Positions 26,995 through 36,746 of a DNA stretch of 64,000 nucleotides are shown here, piece by piece. Location: the NCBI GenBank assembly GCA_965202835.1, contig CBDBCA010000006.1, forward strand, positions 1,731,828-1,795,827. The letters run 5' to 3'. Every line of letters starts with the position of its first letter. Positions within the stretch are counted from its first letter, which is position 1. A model generated the notes under the pieces. It was not told where the DNA came from. It made no database searches and saw only the letters and a list, made by a program, of their open reading frames with translations. The position numbers and the translations under genes are program-made. The DNA comes from Alphaproteobacteria bacterium. Lineage in GTDB: Bacteria > Pseudomonadota > Alphaproteobacteria > MPNO01.

Positions 26995-27809
26995 CGGTCT
27001 GACCCCGTTAGCGGAAGCGCGGTTCCGGCAAATCGTGTGCGTACAGGCGAACGAGGGTCCGGGCGCCGATCGTCGGCGCCCGGACCGTTCGTTGCCTGAT
27101 TGGGACTAGGGCGTGGTCAGCCGCACTTCGCGCCTTTCATCCCGCCTTCGAGCCATGGGACGGACTCCACGCCGTCGGGCGGATTCACGCAATCGGGCTG
27201 GAAGACGACCACGTCCTTGACCACCATTTCGCCCTTTTTCTCGTCCCAGACGGTGACGCCCCAGCGATCCTCGGTGACCGCCTGATGCCCGTCGCTCAGC
27301 GCCATCCTCACCGTGCCGGCGAGCGACGTGTAGGTCGCGCCTTCAAGCGCCTTGATCACCTGGTCCGTGGTCGGGAACTTGCCGCCATTGTCCTTCATTG
27401 CCTTGTCATAGGCGTATTTGGCCCCGAGGATGCCCTGTGCGTACTGGTAGGTAGGCTGCGCCGGCGGATAACCGTAGGTCTTGCGGTATTCCTTCTGGAA
27501 CCAGTTGTTGAGCGGCGTGTCGATGCCGACCGCGTACATCCCATAGGGCCCCCGCGTGCCGATGATCTGGCCTTCCGGGAACTTCCTGCCGAGCCGGTAG
27601 GCGACCGTCTCGCCGACCGTGAGGATGAACGTCTTGCGCTTGAACAGTCCGCGCGCGTTGGCCTGGGCGATGAACGCTTCGAGATCGCCGCCCCAGAAGC
27701 TGGAATGAACCACCTTCGGCTTCGCCCGGAGCAGCGCCGAGATCTCGGAGCCGTACTGGCCGGAGAACAGCTTGGGGAACTGCTGCTTCCCCTGATCGGC
27801 GATCAGAAA

Positions 27810-29689
27810 GATTTGGTCACCCGGTTGGGCCATTGATTACAATGGGTTGCGCAGACAACCCGCCCCGAGGGGCGTCACCAACCGGGTGAAGATCATGGTC
27901 CCTTGTTATCGCTCTCCGATCAAGCTCGAAGTGACGCGGGATGGTACGGCCGCGACGGCGCGCGGCGGTCTGGTGCTGCTGTTCGAGGTTCTGGCGTCGC
28001 GGCGCATCCTGGCCGGGCTGCCGCGCTGCGGCGGCAGCCCGTCGCAGGGCTGGAGCGACGGCCAGATGATGCTGGCGGTGCTGGTTCTCAACGTTGCCGG
28101 CTTCGACCGGGTGTCGGACATCGAGCATCTGGAGGCCGATACGGGTCTTTGCGCTCTGGTCAGGCGGTTCGAGCCGAAGCTGTTGGGTCTGTCGAGGGGT
28201 GCGGTCGCGCGGCGGTTCCGGGGCGGTCGCGAGCGCTGCTTTCCCTCGGCGCGTTCGCTGCGCGACTGGCTCGACCGTTTCCATGTCGCTGGGGTGCACG
28301 ATGTCGAGAGGGAGAAGGGCACGGCGTTCATCCCGCCGCACACGGAACGCCACGAGTTGTTCCGGGCGGTCGCCCGCCGCCTTGTGGCCGAAGGGGTACG
28401 GGAGGCCGTCGCGGCGTCGGTGACCATCGACCTCGACGCGACGATCATCGCGTCCGGCAAGCGCGAGTGTCTGTATACCTACCGTGCCGCGGAGAGGCTG
28501 GTTCCGGGCGAGCGGGGCTACCAGCCGCTGGTCGCGTTCTGCCCCGAGATCGGGATGGCGCCGTGGCTGGAGAGCCGCGACGGCAACGTGCCGGCGGCGC
28601 TGGACAACCGGCGGGCGCTCGAGGAGGCGCTGTTGCAGCTTCCCGGCGCCGTGCGCCAGGTCACCCTCCGCACCGATGGGGCGGGCTACCAGGAGGATGT
28701 GATCCGCGCCTGCAACGACCCCGCCTTCCGCCGGGCGGAGACGCGGCGCTTCGGCACGGTGGGGCTGATCTGCGGCGCCACCCGTTCGGAGCCGCTGATG
28801 GCGGAGGTGGCGCGGCTCGCCGACGACGCCTGGCGCCCGGCGAAGGGGCCGGTGGAGACGCCGGACGCCGGGCCGGCGTCGGACAGTGTGGCGCTTGAAT
28901 GCGCCGAACTGCCCTACGTCCCCGCGACAACCAACGGACTGAAGCCGCGCCATGTGATCCGCTACGTCGTCACCCGGCGCGCCCTTCCCGGGGCGCTGGG
29001 CCTGGACGAGGGCGACCTCCCGGCCGCCGATGGCAGGCCCGCCTACAGGATCAGGGCCTACATGACCAACTTCCCGGCCCCCGACGCGATCCGGGCGGAA
29101 AAGGCGAACGGCCTGAGGGTGCTGGACGCCGCCGAGGTCGTGGCCGCGGCCCACGAGCGCTGCGGACGCGGCGAGGAGGTGCACGCGGTGCTCAAGTCCG
29201 ACCTCGCCGCCGGGACGATGCCGTCGGGGCGGTTCGGGGCCAACGCCGCCTGGCTGTGGCTCGCGGCGCTGGCGCTGAATGCGATGGCGCTGGTGCGCCG
29301 CGCCGCCTACGGCCCCGAGTGGCGCTGGGTGCGGATGAAGCGCATCCGCGCGATATGGATCCACCTCGTCGCCCGCGTCGCGCGTCACGGGCGCCGGGTC
29401 ACCCTCGTGCTCGGCGGCGCCGGCGCCCATCTCCTGGCGGCGCGCCGGCGGATCCACCTCGCCATGCCGCCGCCGGCATCCGCGCCCGGCTGACCCCGGC
29501 GCGACAGTTCGACGCGACAAGGCGGACCCGGCACGGCACCGGAGGGCGTTGCGCGCGCCCAACGCGCCGGTGAAGACCCAACCATCACGAAGAGGCCGCC
29601 GGCCCCGCTCCGTTGCCGCGTCAAGCTCACGCCGGCAGCCCAAATCGACGACCCGGCATGACCGGACGGCCCTGCCGATGGCCGAAATC
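27810..29689 (+). mobile_element. IS1380-family insertion sequence (about 1.88 kb)
   Basis: Imperfect 22-bp terminal inverted repeats: gatttggtcacccggttgggcc at 27810 and gatttcggccatcggcagggcc on the opposite strand at 29689. Single transposase ORF. Flanked by cagaaa on both sides. It interrupts the SBP gene. Confidence 0.75.
27847..29493 (+). CDS. IS1380-family DDE transposase
   Basis: N-terminal pattern RDGTAATARGGLVLLFEVL...LAGLP...SDGQMMLAVLVLNVAGFDRVSDIEHL, TIDLDAT motif, and about 500 aa length typical of the family. The true start may be the internal Met at 27895. Confidence 0.75.
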   Translation: MRRQPAPRGVTNRVKIMVPCYRSPIKLEVTRDGTAATARGGLVLLFEVLASRRILAGLPRCGGSPSQGWSDGQMMLAVLVLNVAGFDRVSDIEHLEADTGLCALVRRFEPKLLGLSRGAVARRFRGGRERCFPSARSLRDWLDRFHVAGVHDVEREKGTAFIPPHTERHELFRAVARRLVAEGVREAVAASVTIDLDATIIASGKRECLYTYRAAERLVPGERGYQPLVAFCPEIGMAPWLESRDGNVPAALDNRRALEEALLQLPGAVRQVTLRTDGAGYQEDVIRACNDPAFRRAETRRFGTVGLICGATRSEPLMAEVARLADDAWRPAKGPVETPDAGPASDSVALECAELPYVPATTNGLKPRHVIRYVVTRRALPGALGLDEGDLPAADGRPAYRIRAYMTNFPAPDAIRAEKANGLRVLDAAEVVAAAHERCGRGEEVHAVLKSDLAAGTMPSGRFGANAAWLWLAALALNAMALVRRAAYGPEWRWVRMKRIRAIWIHLVARVARHGRRVTLVLGGAGAHLLAARRRIHLAMPPPASAPG

Positions 29690-30549
29690 GCGCCGACAGA
29701 AAATCAGCTCGCCGATCAGGGGCTTCTTGGCGGCCTTGACGTCCGGCGCCACGATCTTCATCGCGAGGCTGAAGTCGCGCCACGAATCCTGACCCCACGC
29801 ATAGTTCTGATTGAGCCCGATAAAGCCGTCCTTGAGCAATTCCGGGTGCTTCATGGAGATATAGCGCGCCGCGCCCGTGTTGTTGCCCGTACCGTGGCTC
29901 ATGGTGCGGAACAGGTATTTCGGCTTCTTCACCAGCTCCTCGAAAACCCGCGGCGTTCCGCAGACCGTCATCAGGGTGAGAACCTTGACCTCTTCCGCGA
30001 CACGGGCCACCGCCGCGCAGGTGCCGGACGAGATATAGCCGACCACCAGATCGACGCCGTCCTTCTGCACCTTGTTACGCAGCTCGGTCACCTGCTTGGT
30101 CCCGCCGCCCGCCTCGTCGTAGATCAGCGGCTCGATCTTGCGACCGGCAAGGCCGACACTGTTGTAAGGTGCCGGAAGCTCGCCGTTGTTGATCCCGCGG
30201 ATGATGAGCTCGACGCCCTCCTTCGCCGGAATACCGAAGGCCGGAGCGCCGGCACCGGTCAGGAATGTGGGGACGCCCATCTTGACGGTCTGTGCGGTCG
30301 CGGCGCCGGCAACCAGTGCCACCCCCGCCACGGTCGCGAGCAAGACCGCAGTTCTCCCCTGTCCATGCTTCATGAAAACCTCCCGCATGTTCATTGGAAT
30401 CGGTCGAAGAGGCCGTAAACTGCCAGCCCGGCCGCACTCATGCAAGCCGCGCGGCGGCAAAATTACGCGGGAGCGGTCGCGCCCGCCGCTCATCGCATTC
30501 TTCCGCCATTCGGTGGAATACACCACAGCGATCTGTCCGATTTTCCGCG

Positions 30550-30645
30550 GCCATCTCGGTCGTCGTCGTATTCCGCGGCGACGATCTACTGCTGATCAGG
30601 CGCGCCAAGCCTCCAGTGTCGGAGAACCGGAGGATTCCCGTCGAA
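30550..30645 (+). pseudogene. 5' fragment of a NUDIX hydrolase gene (duplication scar)
   Basis: Roughly 80-85% nucleotide identity by eye with 36791..36885 of the intact NUDIX gene. Translates to VVVFRGDDLLLIRRAKPPVSENRRIP, versus VVVLRGDEVLLIRRAKPPVSDNWSIP in the intact gene. Confidence 0.6.
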
Positions 30646-30753
30646 GCGCGGAAGATCAGCCAGTCTCCGGCTGCGGGGCAGTCCGCATATGGTTCGAACT
30701 CCGGGTCGCCCGGGAACGGGGCCGCGCGGCCCCGTTCCCCAAGATCGGGTACG

Positions 30754-31923
30754 CTATTTCTTCACGTTGACGTATTTGCCGCCGACCACCTTGAGTATGG
30801 CGCTCGCACCCGAGCCGTCGCCCACCTCGTTCATGGTCGTCTCGCCGGAAATGCCGTTATAGCCCTTCAACTCGGCCCAGCCCTTGCGGATGCGGTCCCG
30901 ATCGGCGTCGAGATCGCCGGGCTTGTTGGTGACCCCCTGCCCCTCCATGATCATCTTGAGGATGTGCGTGGAGTCGTAGGAGCGAGGACCGCCATAGGGT
31001 GGCTTCTTACCCTTGTTTACGGCCTGAATCTTCTTCACATAGGCTTGCACGGCCTCGCGCGGGTCGTCGATCCAGGCGGCTGTCGACATGTAGCTGCCCT
31101 CGGTCGCCTTGCCGCCTAGCTGGATGAATCCCGGCGCGCCCGCGCAAGCGCCGCCGACGAAGGGCGCGTTCAGTCCCTGCTTGCGCGCCTCCTTGGCGAT
31201 CCCGGCAGCCTGCTGGTAGCAAGAACCCAGCGCGATTCCATCGGGGTTGAGCGCCTTGGCCTTGGTGATCTGCGCCGAGAAATCGGTGTCCTTGGTCCGG
31301 TAGGTCAGCATGCCGAGCTGCTTGACACCGTATTTCTTCAGCAACACCGGAAGGATCTTGGCGCCTTCTGCCTTGGAGACCGCGTCTTCCAGGTCATGGA
31401 TGATCACGGCGGATTTGATCTTGTACGCGTCGACCCACGCCTTCACGACCGGGTCGAGCTGCTTGTCGCTCGTCAGCGTGTTCCTGAAGGCCCAGGAACT
31501 CATCGCCGAAAGCCCGGGCTTGGACGAGCAGTACGAGATCATCGACACCTTGTAGCGGTCGAGCTGGGGCGCCAGGATTTCGTAAATCGAACTGAAGCAG
31601 GGTCCGAACACCGCGAGTACCTTGTCGCGGGTCACCAGTTTCTTGAAGCCCTTGATGCCCTCGGACTCCTTCGACTGGGTGTCCCAGAAGATAACCTTCA
31701 ACGGAACGCCGCCGATGCCACCCGCGGCGTTGATCTCGTCCTGGGCGATCTTGATCGACTCACGCGCCGTGTAGCCCCACTCGGCCCCCTTGCCGGTTAT
31801 CGGCACCAGGGCGCCGACCTTCACCGACCGTCCCGAGAGCTTCGCTGCCTCGGGCATCGCCGAGAACGCCACCAGCGCTGCTGCGCCCGCAGCGGTCGCC
31901 AGAAATGACTTGTTTCCGATCAT
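30754..31923 (-). CDS. LivK-like SBP, operon 3
   Basis: Start MIGNKSFLATAAGAAALVAFSAMPEAA (signal peptide). Peripla_BP_6-like. Confidence 0.85.
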   Translation of the reverse strand: MIGNKSFLATAAGAAALVAFSAMPEAAKLSGRSVKVGALVPITGKGAEWGYTARESIKIAQDEINAAGGIGGVPLKVIFWDTQSKESEGIKGFKKLVTRDKVLAVFGPCFSSIYEILAPQLDRYKVSMISYCSSKPGLSAMSSWAFRNTLTSDKQLDPVVKAWVDAYKIKSAVIIHDLEDAVSKAEGAKILPVLLKKYGVKQLGMLTYRTKDTDFSAQITKAKALNPDGIALGSCYQQAAGIAKEARKQGLNAPFVGGACAGAPGFIQLGGKATEGSYMSTAAWIDDPREAVQAYVKKIQAVNKGKKPPYGGPRSYDSTHILKMIMEGQGVTNKPGDLDADRDRIRKGWAELKGYNGISGETTMNEVGDGSGASAILKVVGGKYVNVKK

Positions 31924-31971
31924 CGAGAACCTCCCTTGGATTTCCTGCAAGAATAGTCGCGTTCGGCGACA

Positions 31972-32748
31972 TCAGGTAGCCCCGGTTTCGGCGGAGGCGC
32001 CATGCTTCTGTACCGTCAACGATCCGGCCTCCGCGTCGGCGCTCTTCCCCAGATAGGTATTCTGAACCCCCGGGTCGTTCAGGAGGTCGACGCCCGAGCC
32101 CTCAAGAGCGATCCGCCCCCGCTCCAGCACGTAACCTCGATCGGCGAGTTGGAGGGCACGCCGGGCATTTTGCTCGACGAGGAAGATCGTATTCCCCTCG
32201 AGCCGAAGATCCCGCAGCGTACGGAATATCTGGGTTACGATCATCGGCGCCAGTCCGAGCGACGGCTCGTCCAGCAGCAACAACCTCGGCCTCGCCATCA
32301 GCGCCCGACCGATCGCAAGCATCTGCTGTTCGCCGCCGCTCAACGTCCCGGCCAGCTGGGCTTGCCGTTCGTGAAGCGCCGGGAATTTCTCCAGGATCTG
32401 GCTTATGTCCGCGTCGATTTCTCCGTCCCGCCTCGTATGGGCACCCATCTTGAGGTTTTCGAGCACCGTCATACGCTTGAGGATCGCCCGCCCCTCCGCG
32501 ACCTGACAAATCCCCATCTCGACTGTTCTGTGGGCCGGAATTCGAACGATGTCGCGGCCCTCGAAAAGTATGCGTCCAGCGCTCGGGCGGATCAGCCCGG
32601 AAATGGTCTTCAGCAGTGTCGTCTTTCCGGCGCCATTGGCGCCGATAAGCGCGACGATCTCGCCGCGCTCGATGGTTAGCGCCACCCCGTGCAGCACCCG
32701 GATCTGACCGTAACCGGCGCGGAGATCGTCGACCTCGAGAATGGTCAC
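31972..32748 (-). CDS. LivF-like ABC ATP-binding protein, operon 3
   Basis: GANGAGKTT and LSGGEQQM motifs. 258 aa. Confidence 0.85.
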   Translation of the reverse strand: MTILEVDDLRAGYGQIRVLHGVALTIERGEIVALIGANGAGKTTLLKTISGLIRPSAGRILFEGRDIVRIPAHRTVEMGICQVAEGRAILKRMTVLENLKMGAHTRRDGEIDADISQILEKFPALHERQAQLAGTLSGGEQQMLAIGRALMARPRLLLLDEPSLGLAPMIVTQIFRTLRDLRLEGNTIFLVEQNARRALQLADRGYVLERGRIALEGSGVDLLNDPGVQNTYLGKSADAEAGSLTVQKHGASAETGAT

Positions 32749-33545
32749 AGCGTCTCCTCTTCGCCGAGATAGGCCTCGATCACCGCCCTGTCGCGCTGCA
32801 CTTCGGACGGACGGCCTTCGGCGATCTTGTCGCCGAAATTGAGCACCGTGATCCAGTCCGAAATCCCCATCACCAGATTCATGTCGTGTTCGACCAGGAC
32901 GACGGTGACGCCCCGGTCTCGCACCCTGCAGATCAGCGCGTCGAGATCCTCGGTCTCGCGGATGTTCATCCCGGCCGCCGGCTCGTCGAGCAGCAGGAGG
33001 CGGGGCTCCATCGCCAAAGCTCGGCCCAGCTCCAGGAGCCGTTGCTCTCCGTAGGGCAGATCAGTCGCCATGGCGTGGCGCTTGCCGGCAAGTCCGACGA
33101 ATTCGAGGGTTTCCAGCGCCCGCCGGCGCATCTCCGTCTCTTCCCGGGCCTCGCCGAACGGGCGGTGCAACGCCGCCTTCACAAACGATCGCCAGAGCGA
33201 GGGGTAGGTCCGCCAGTGTTCTCCCAGCATCACGTTTTCCAGCACGGTCATGTGCCCGAAGAGACGAATATTCTGAAAGGTCCTGGAGATCCCGAGCGCC
33301 GCGCGCCGATGCGGCCGCAACCGCCCGAGCGGCCGGTCGCGAAAGCGGATTTCTCCCGCGTCGGGCGCCATCACTCCGGACAGGAGGTTGAACAGGGTCG
33401 TCTTGCCGGCGCCATTGGGGCCAATCACCGCGTGGATGGTTCCCTCGCGTACCGCAATATCGACATCGCGAAGCGCGTGGAACCCGCCGAACCGCTTCGT
33501 CAGTCCGGAAGCAAGGAGACAGGGATTCTCGGCCGTCTCAGGCAT
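32745..33545 (-). CDS. LivG-like ABC ATP-binding protein, operon 3
   Basis: LTKRFGGFHALRDVDIAV and GPNGAGKTT motifs. Confidence 0.85.
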   Translation of the reverse strand: MPETAENPCLLASGLTKRFGGFHALRDVDIAVREGTIHAVIGPNGAGKTTLFNLLSGVMAPDAGEIRFRDRPLGRLRPHRRAALGISRTFQNIRLFGHMTVLENVMLGEHWRTYPSLWRSFVKAALHRPFGEAREETEMRRRALETLEFVGLAGKRHAMATDLPYGEQRLLELGRALAMEPRLLLLDEPAAGMNIRETEDLDALICRVRDRGVTVVLVEHDMNLVMGISDWITVLNFGDKIAEGRPSEVQRDRAVIEAYLGEEETL

Positions 33546-34485
33546 TGTCCATTCGCCGCTGGACGAACTGGAACGGTCGCACCGTATTCCTGGTGATCAG
33601 GCCCTGCGGTCTCAGCACCATCATGACGATGAGAACGAGGCCGTAAACGATCAGGCGTTTCTCGTTCTCGAAGTCGAGGAATTCATAGACGGTGTCGTAC
33701 AGGTAATTCCACGGCGCGTCCTCGGTCCACGAGACCGGGATCAACTCCATCGGATCCCGCAGCGCACGCAGGAATTCCGGCAACAGGGACAAAAACATCG
33801 CACCGAACAGCGGTCCCCAATAGCTGAATCCGCCGCCGACGAGTACGAACATCAGGATCTCGACGCCGACAAGGATGTTGAACGTGACCGAGTCGACATA
33901 GGTGGAGTAGTGGGCGAAGAGCGCGCCGGCAAGGCCGGCGATGAAGGCGCCCAGACCGAAGGCGAACAGCTTGATGCGCACGACATCGATGCCCATTACC
34001 TCGGCCGCGGTCTCGTCCTCATGGATGGAATCCATCGCCCGCCCAAGGCTGGAGCGCTCGAGACGGGCAAAAAACACGATGAGGACGGCGACGACGGCGT
34101 AAATCCAGACCAAGGAGTTTTCCAGGAAAGGTATGTTCTGAAAGCCCTGTGCGCCGCCGGTGTAGTCCCATGTCAGGATGATCACCTGAACGATCTCGGC
34201 GAACCCGAGCGTTAGCAACAGCAGGTAAATTCCCCTGATCCGAAGCGCCGGGAATCCGACCCCGACTCCGATGAGCCCCGCCGCGACGCCGCCGGCCAGA
34301 AGACCGAGCGGGAACGGCAGCCCGAGCTTGGCGGTAACGATACCGGCCGCATAGGCCCCCACCCCCATGAATCCGGCCTGTCCGAGAGAGATCTGACCGG
34401 TCTTGAACGGAACATAGAAGCTGAAAGCGGCGATGACGTTGATGCCGGCAAAGATCAGCACCGACCGGATGTATTCGTCGATCAT
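33538..34485 (-). CDS. LivM-like ABC permease, operon 3
   Basis: 315 aa, hydrophobic, LivM-like. Confidence 0.85.
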   Translation of the reverse strand: MIDEYIRSVLIFAGINVIAAFSFYVPFKTGQISLGQAGFMGVGAYAAGIVTAKLGLPFPLGLLAGGVAAGLIGVGVGFPALRIRGIYLLLLTLGFAEIVQVIILTWDYTGGAQGFQNIPFLENSLVWIYAVVAVLIVFFARLERSSLGRAMDSIHEDETAAEVMGIDVVRIKLFAFGLGAFIAGLAGALFAHYSTYVDSVTFNILVGVEILMFVLVGGGFSYWGPLFGAMFLSLLPEFLRALRDPMELIPVSWTEDAPWNYLYDTVYEFLDFENEKRLIVYGLVLIVMMVLRPQGLITRNTVRPFQFVQRRMDNA

Positions 34486-34499
34486 CTCGCGCGCGCCAC

Positions 34500-35375
34500 C
34501 TAGCCCGACTCGATGGTCCGCGTGCCGAACAATCCGGTGGGCCGGTAGAGCAGCAGCAGGATCAGTATCAAGAAGGTGAAGAAGTCGCGTACGCTGGTTC
34601 CGAGATAGCTCGCCGTGAGGATCTCGACCATTCCGAGCAGGATGCCGCCTACCATCGCGCCAGGCACGTTGCCCAGCCCACCGAGCAACATGACGACCAG
34701 CGCCTTGACCGCGACCTCCAAGCCCATATGGGGGGTGATGGCGCTGTTCTTGACCCCGTCCAGTACCCCGGCGATGCCGGCGAGCGCGGACGCGACGATG
34801 AAGGTGACCACGACCACGCGATTGACGTCGACGCCGAGCAGGGCGGCGGTCTCATGACTCTCCGAAGTCGCCCGGATCGCGCGGCCCATCCGGGTCCGGT
34901 CGATGAACAGCCAGAGCGCCGCCATGGACAGGAGCGCGATCACCAGAATGAAGATTTGCACCGAGCTGATGGTTAGCGGTCCGATCCGGTAGAGCACTTG
35001 TTCGATCGTCTCGGGGAACGCGACCTGCTCGCCGCCGAAGATATTGATCGCCAGGTTCTGCAGCACGATGGTAACTCCGATCGTGCTGATCAGGGGGGCC
35101 AGAGGATAGTTCTTGTCGACCGGTTGCACAGCGAACCGGGCAACGATCCAGCCGACCAGGGCGGTGATGACCATTGCGCCGGCGATCGCCACGTAGATGT
35201 TGGCGAAGGCGAACCAGAGGACGATGTGGAGGCCGACGAACGCGCCCACCATGAACACCTCGCCATGTGCGAAATGGAGCAGCCGCAATACGCCGAAGAT
35301 GAGGGTGTAGCCGATCGCGACCAGTGAGTAGGACGCACCCAGCATCAACCCATTGATGAGTTGCTGGCCCAGCAT
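34500..35375 (-). CDS. LivH-like ABC permease, operon 3
   Basis: Real start MLGQQLINGLMLGASYSLVAIGYTLIFGV (ATG at 35375). Confidence 0.85.
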   Translation of the reverse strand: MLGQQLINGLMLGASYSLVAIGYTLIFGVLRLLHFAHGEVFMVGAFVGLHIVLWFAFANIYVAIAGAMVITALVGWIVARFAVQPVDKNYPLAPLISTIGVTIVLQNLAINIFGGEQVAFPETIEQVLYRIGPLTISSVQIFILVIALLSMAALWLFIDRTRMGRAIRATSESHETAALLGVDVNRVVVVTFIVASALAGIAGVLDGVKNSAITPHMGLEVAVKALVVMLLGGLGNVPGAMVGGILLGMVEILTASYLGTSVRDFFTFLILILLLLYRPTGLFGTRTIESG

Positions 35376-35616
35376 CGCGTTTGCGAAGTTCCCGAAGGTC
35401 GTCTGCCAGTTGGTCTCAGCGCAGGCTATGGACTTGCGTTGGCGAAGGCAACGCGCGGGGCGTCCTGCAAGAACCGGCCTGAGTCTCGATTTCGACCGAT
35501 CCGTTGTTCGGTGTAGCGGATCGGATCCAACCGCCAACTCTTCGCGAGGTCAGAGGTTTTCGGCTTGACGACCAGCGTTCGGACCGTCCCGTTCGACATC
35601 GGCTGCACGAGCCCGC

Positions 35617-35988
35617 TTACGCCCGCCGCCAGAATATCTCCGCCTTCGAACCCGGTCCGTAGGCGATGCTGGGCTCGGCGGTCAGGGTCATGGTGTCGCC
35701 GTCGAGGCTCACCTTCCGGCGTTGCCTGGTGCCGCGCAGATCGGAGCGGGAACTCATCTCGATGGTATGGACGTTCTCGCCCTCCAGGCACTCCAGCAGG
35801 CCGCAATAGGTCAGGTGATCGGTGCCGCCCGCGCCGTCCGGCCGCTCGACCGAGCACGACATGTGGCCGTCGGCGGCATAGAAGATGTAACCCTTCGCTT
35901 CCGTCCACGGTCTCGACACGGTGCCGTCCGCCGCCGTCAGCCGGTAATCGGCGAGCCGCCAGGTGCCGATCAGTTCCTCGCGTACCAT
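35617..35988 (-). CDS. lipocalin-like domain protein
   Basis: Start MVREELIGTWRLADYRL... (ATG at 35988), then the lipocalin-like GTW...YIFYAADGHM pattern. The upstream part of the ORF is junk. Confidence 0.55.
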   Translation of the reverse strand: MVREELIGTWRLADYRLTAADGTVSRPWTEAKGYIFYAADGHMSCSVERPDGAGGTDHLTYCGLLECLEGENVHTIEMSSRSDLRGTRQRRKVSLDGDTMTLTAEPSIAYGPGSKAEIFWRRA

Positions 35989-36084
35989 TCCTGCGTTTCC
36001 TCCGGGTTGTGTCCTCGGCGCCCAGCCTATTCGCCCTCCCGCGCGGACGCTATATTCGTCCGCCGCAACCGGGAGAACCGTCCC

Positions 36085-36684
36085 ATGCCCAGGATCACGC
36101 CGTGCCGGCGCGAGGAGGCCCCCGAACTGGAAGACGTTTTCGATCGTGCAGAACGCGCGCTCGGCTTCGTCCCCAACAGCTTCTTCGTCATGGCGCGTTC
36201 GCCCGGGATGCTGCGGGCGTTCTCCCGCCTGTCGCGCGAGGTGATCGGCGTCCCGGGCAAGGCGCCGCTCGGCCTGAAACGCATGCTCGCCTACATGGCG
36301 AGCCGGTCGGCCGGATGCCAGTACTGCTCCGCCCACACGGCGAGCGCCGCGGTCGACATCGACGGCGTGCCGGCGGAAAAGATCGAGGCGATCTTCGAAT
36401 ACGAGACCAGCCCGCTATTTTCCGAGGCCGAGCGCACCGCGCTGCGCATGGCGCAATGCGCGGGTTCGGTCCCCAACGCGGTCACCGATGAGGACATGGA
36501 CTCCCTGAAACGCCATTTCGACGAGGACCAGATCGTGGAACTGGTCGGCGTCGTCTGCCTGTTCGGCTGGCTCAACCGCTGGAACGACACCATGGCGACC
36601 CCGCTCGAGGAACGGCCGATCGCGTTCGGCGAACGGCATCTCGCGCAAAGCGGCTGGGACCCCGCGAAGCACATCGACGCCTGA
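36085..36684 (+). CDS. carboxymuconolactone decarboxylase / AhpD-like family protein
   Basis: Start MPRITPCRREEAPELEDVF. CxxC-H motif (SAGCQYCSAHT). Confidence 0.75.
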   Translation: MPRITPCRREEAPELEDVFDRAERALGFVPNSFFVMARSPGMLRAFSRLSREVIGVPGKAPLGLKRMLAYMASRSAGCQYCSAHTASAAVDIDGVPAEKIEAIFEYETSPLFSEAERTALRMAQCAGSVPNAVTDEDMDSLKRHFDEDQIVELVGVVCLFGWLNRWNDTMATPLEERPIAFGERHLAQSGWDPAKHIDA

Positions 36685-36746
36685 CGCCCGTCGCGGGTCA
36701 GCCGGAGGGACGATCCTCGACGAACCATCGCGGCGGGAGCGACGAA

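Larger units (their letters stand above)
27117..30373 (-). pseudogene. LivK-like SBP gene of operon 2, split by an IS1380-family insertion
   Basis: N-terminal half at 29690..30373 (MKHGQGRTAVLLATVAGVALVAGAATAQ signal peptide ... DVKAAKKPLIGELIF). C-terminal half at 27117..27809 (...QIFLIADQGKQQFPKLFSGQYGSEISALLRAKPKVVHSSFWGG...). Both halves are collinear with the intact paralog at 22234..23505. Confidence 0.8.

Noticed and set aside
27817-29643. 608-aa ORF antisense to the IS1380 transposase
   Set aside because: Antisense to a confidently assigned transposase; low-complexity.
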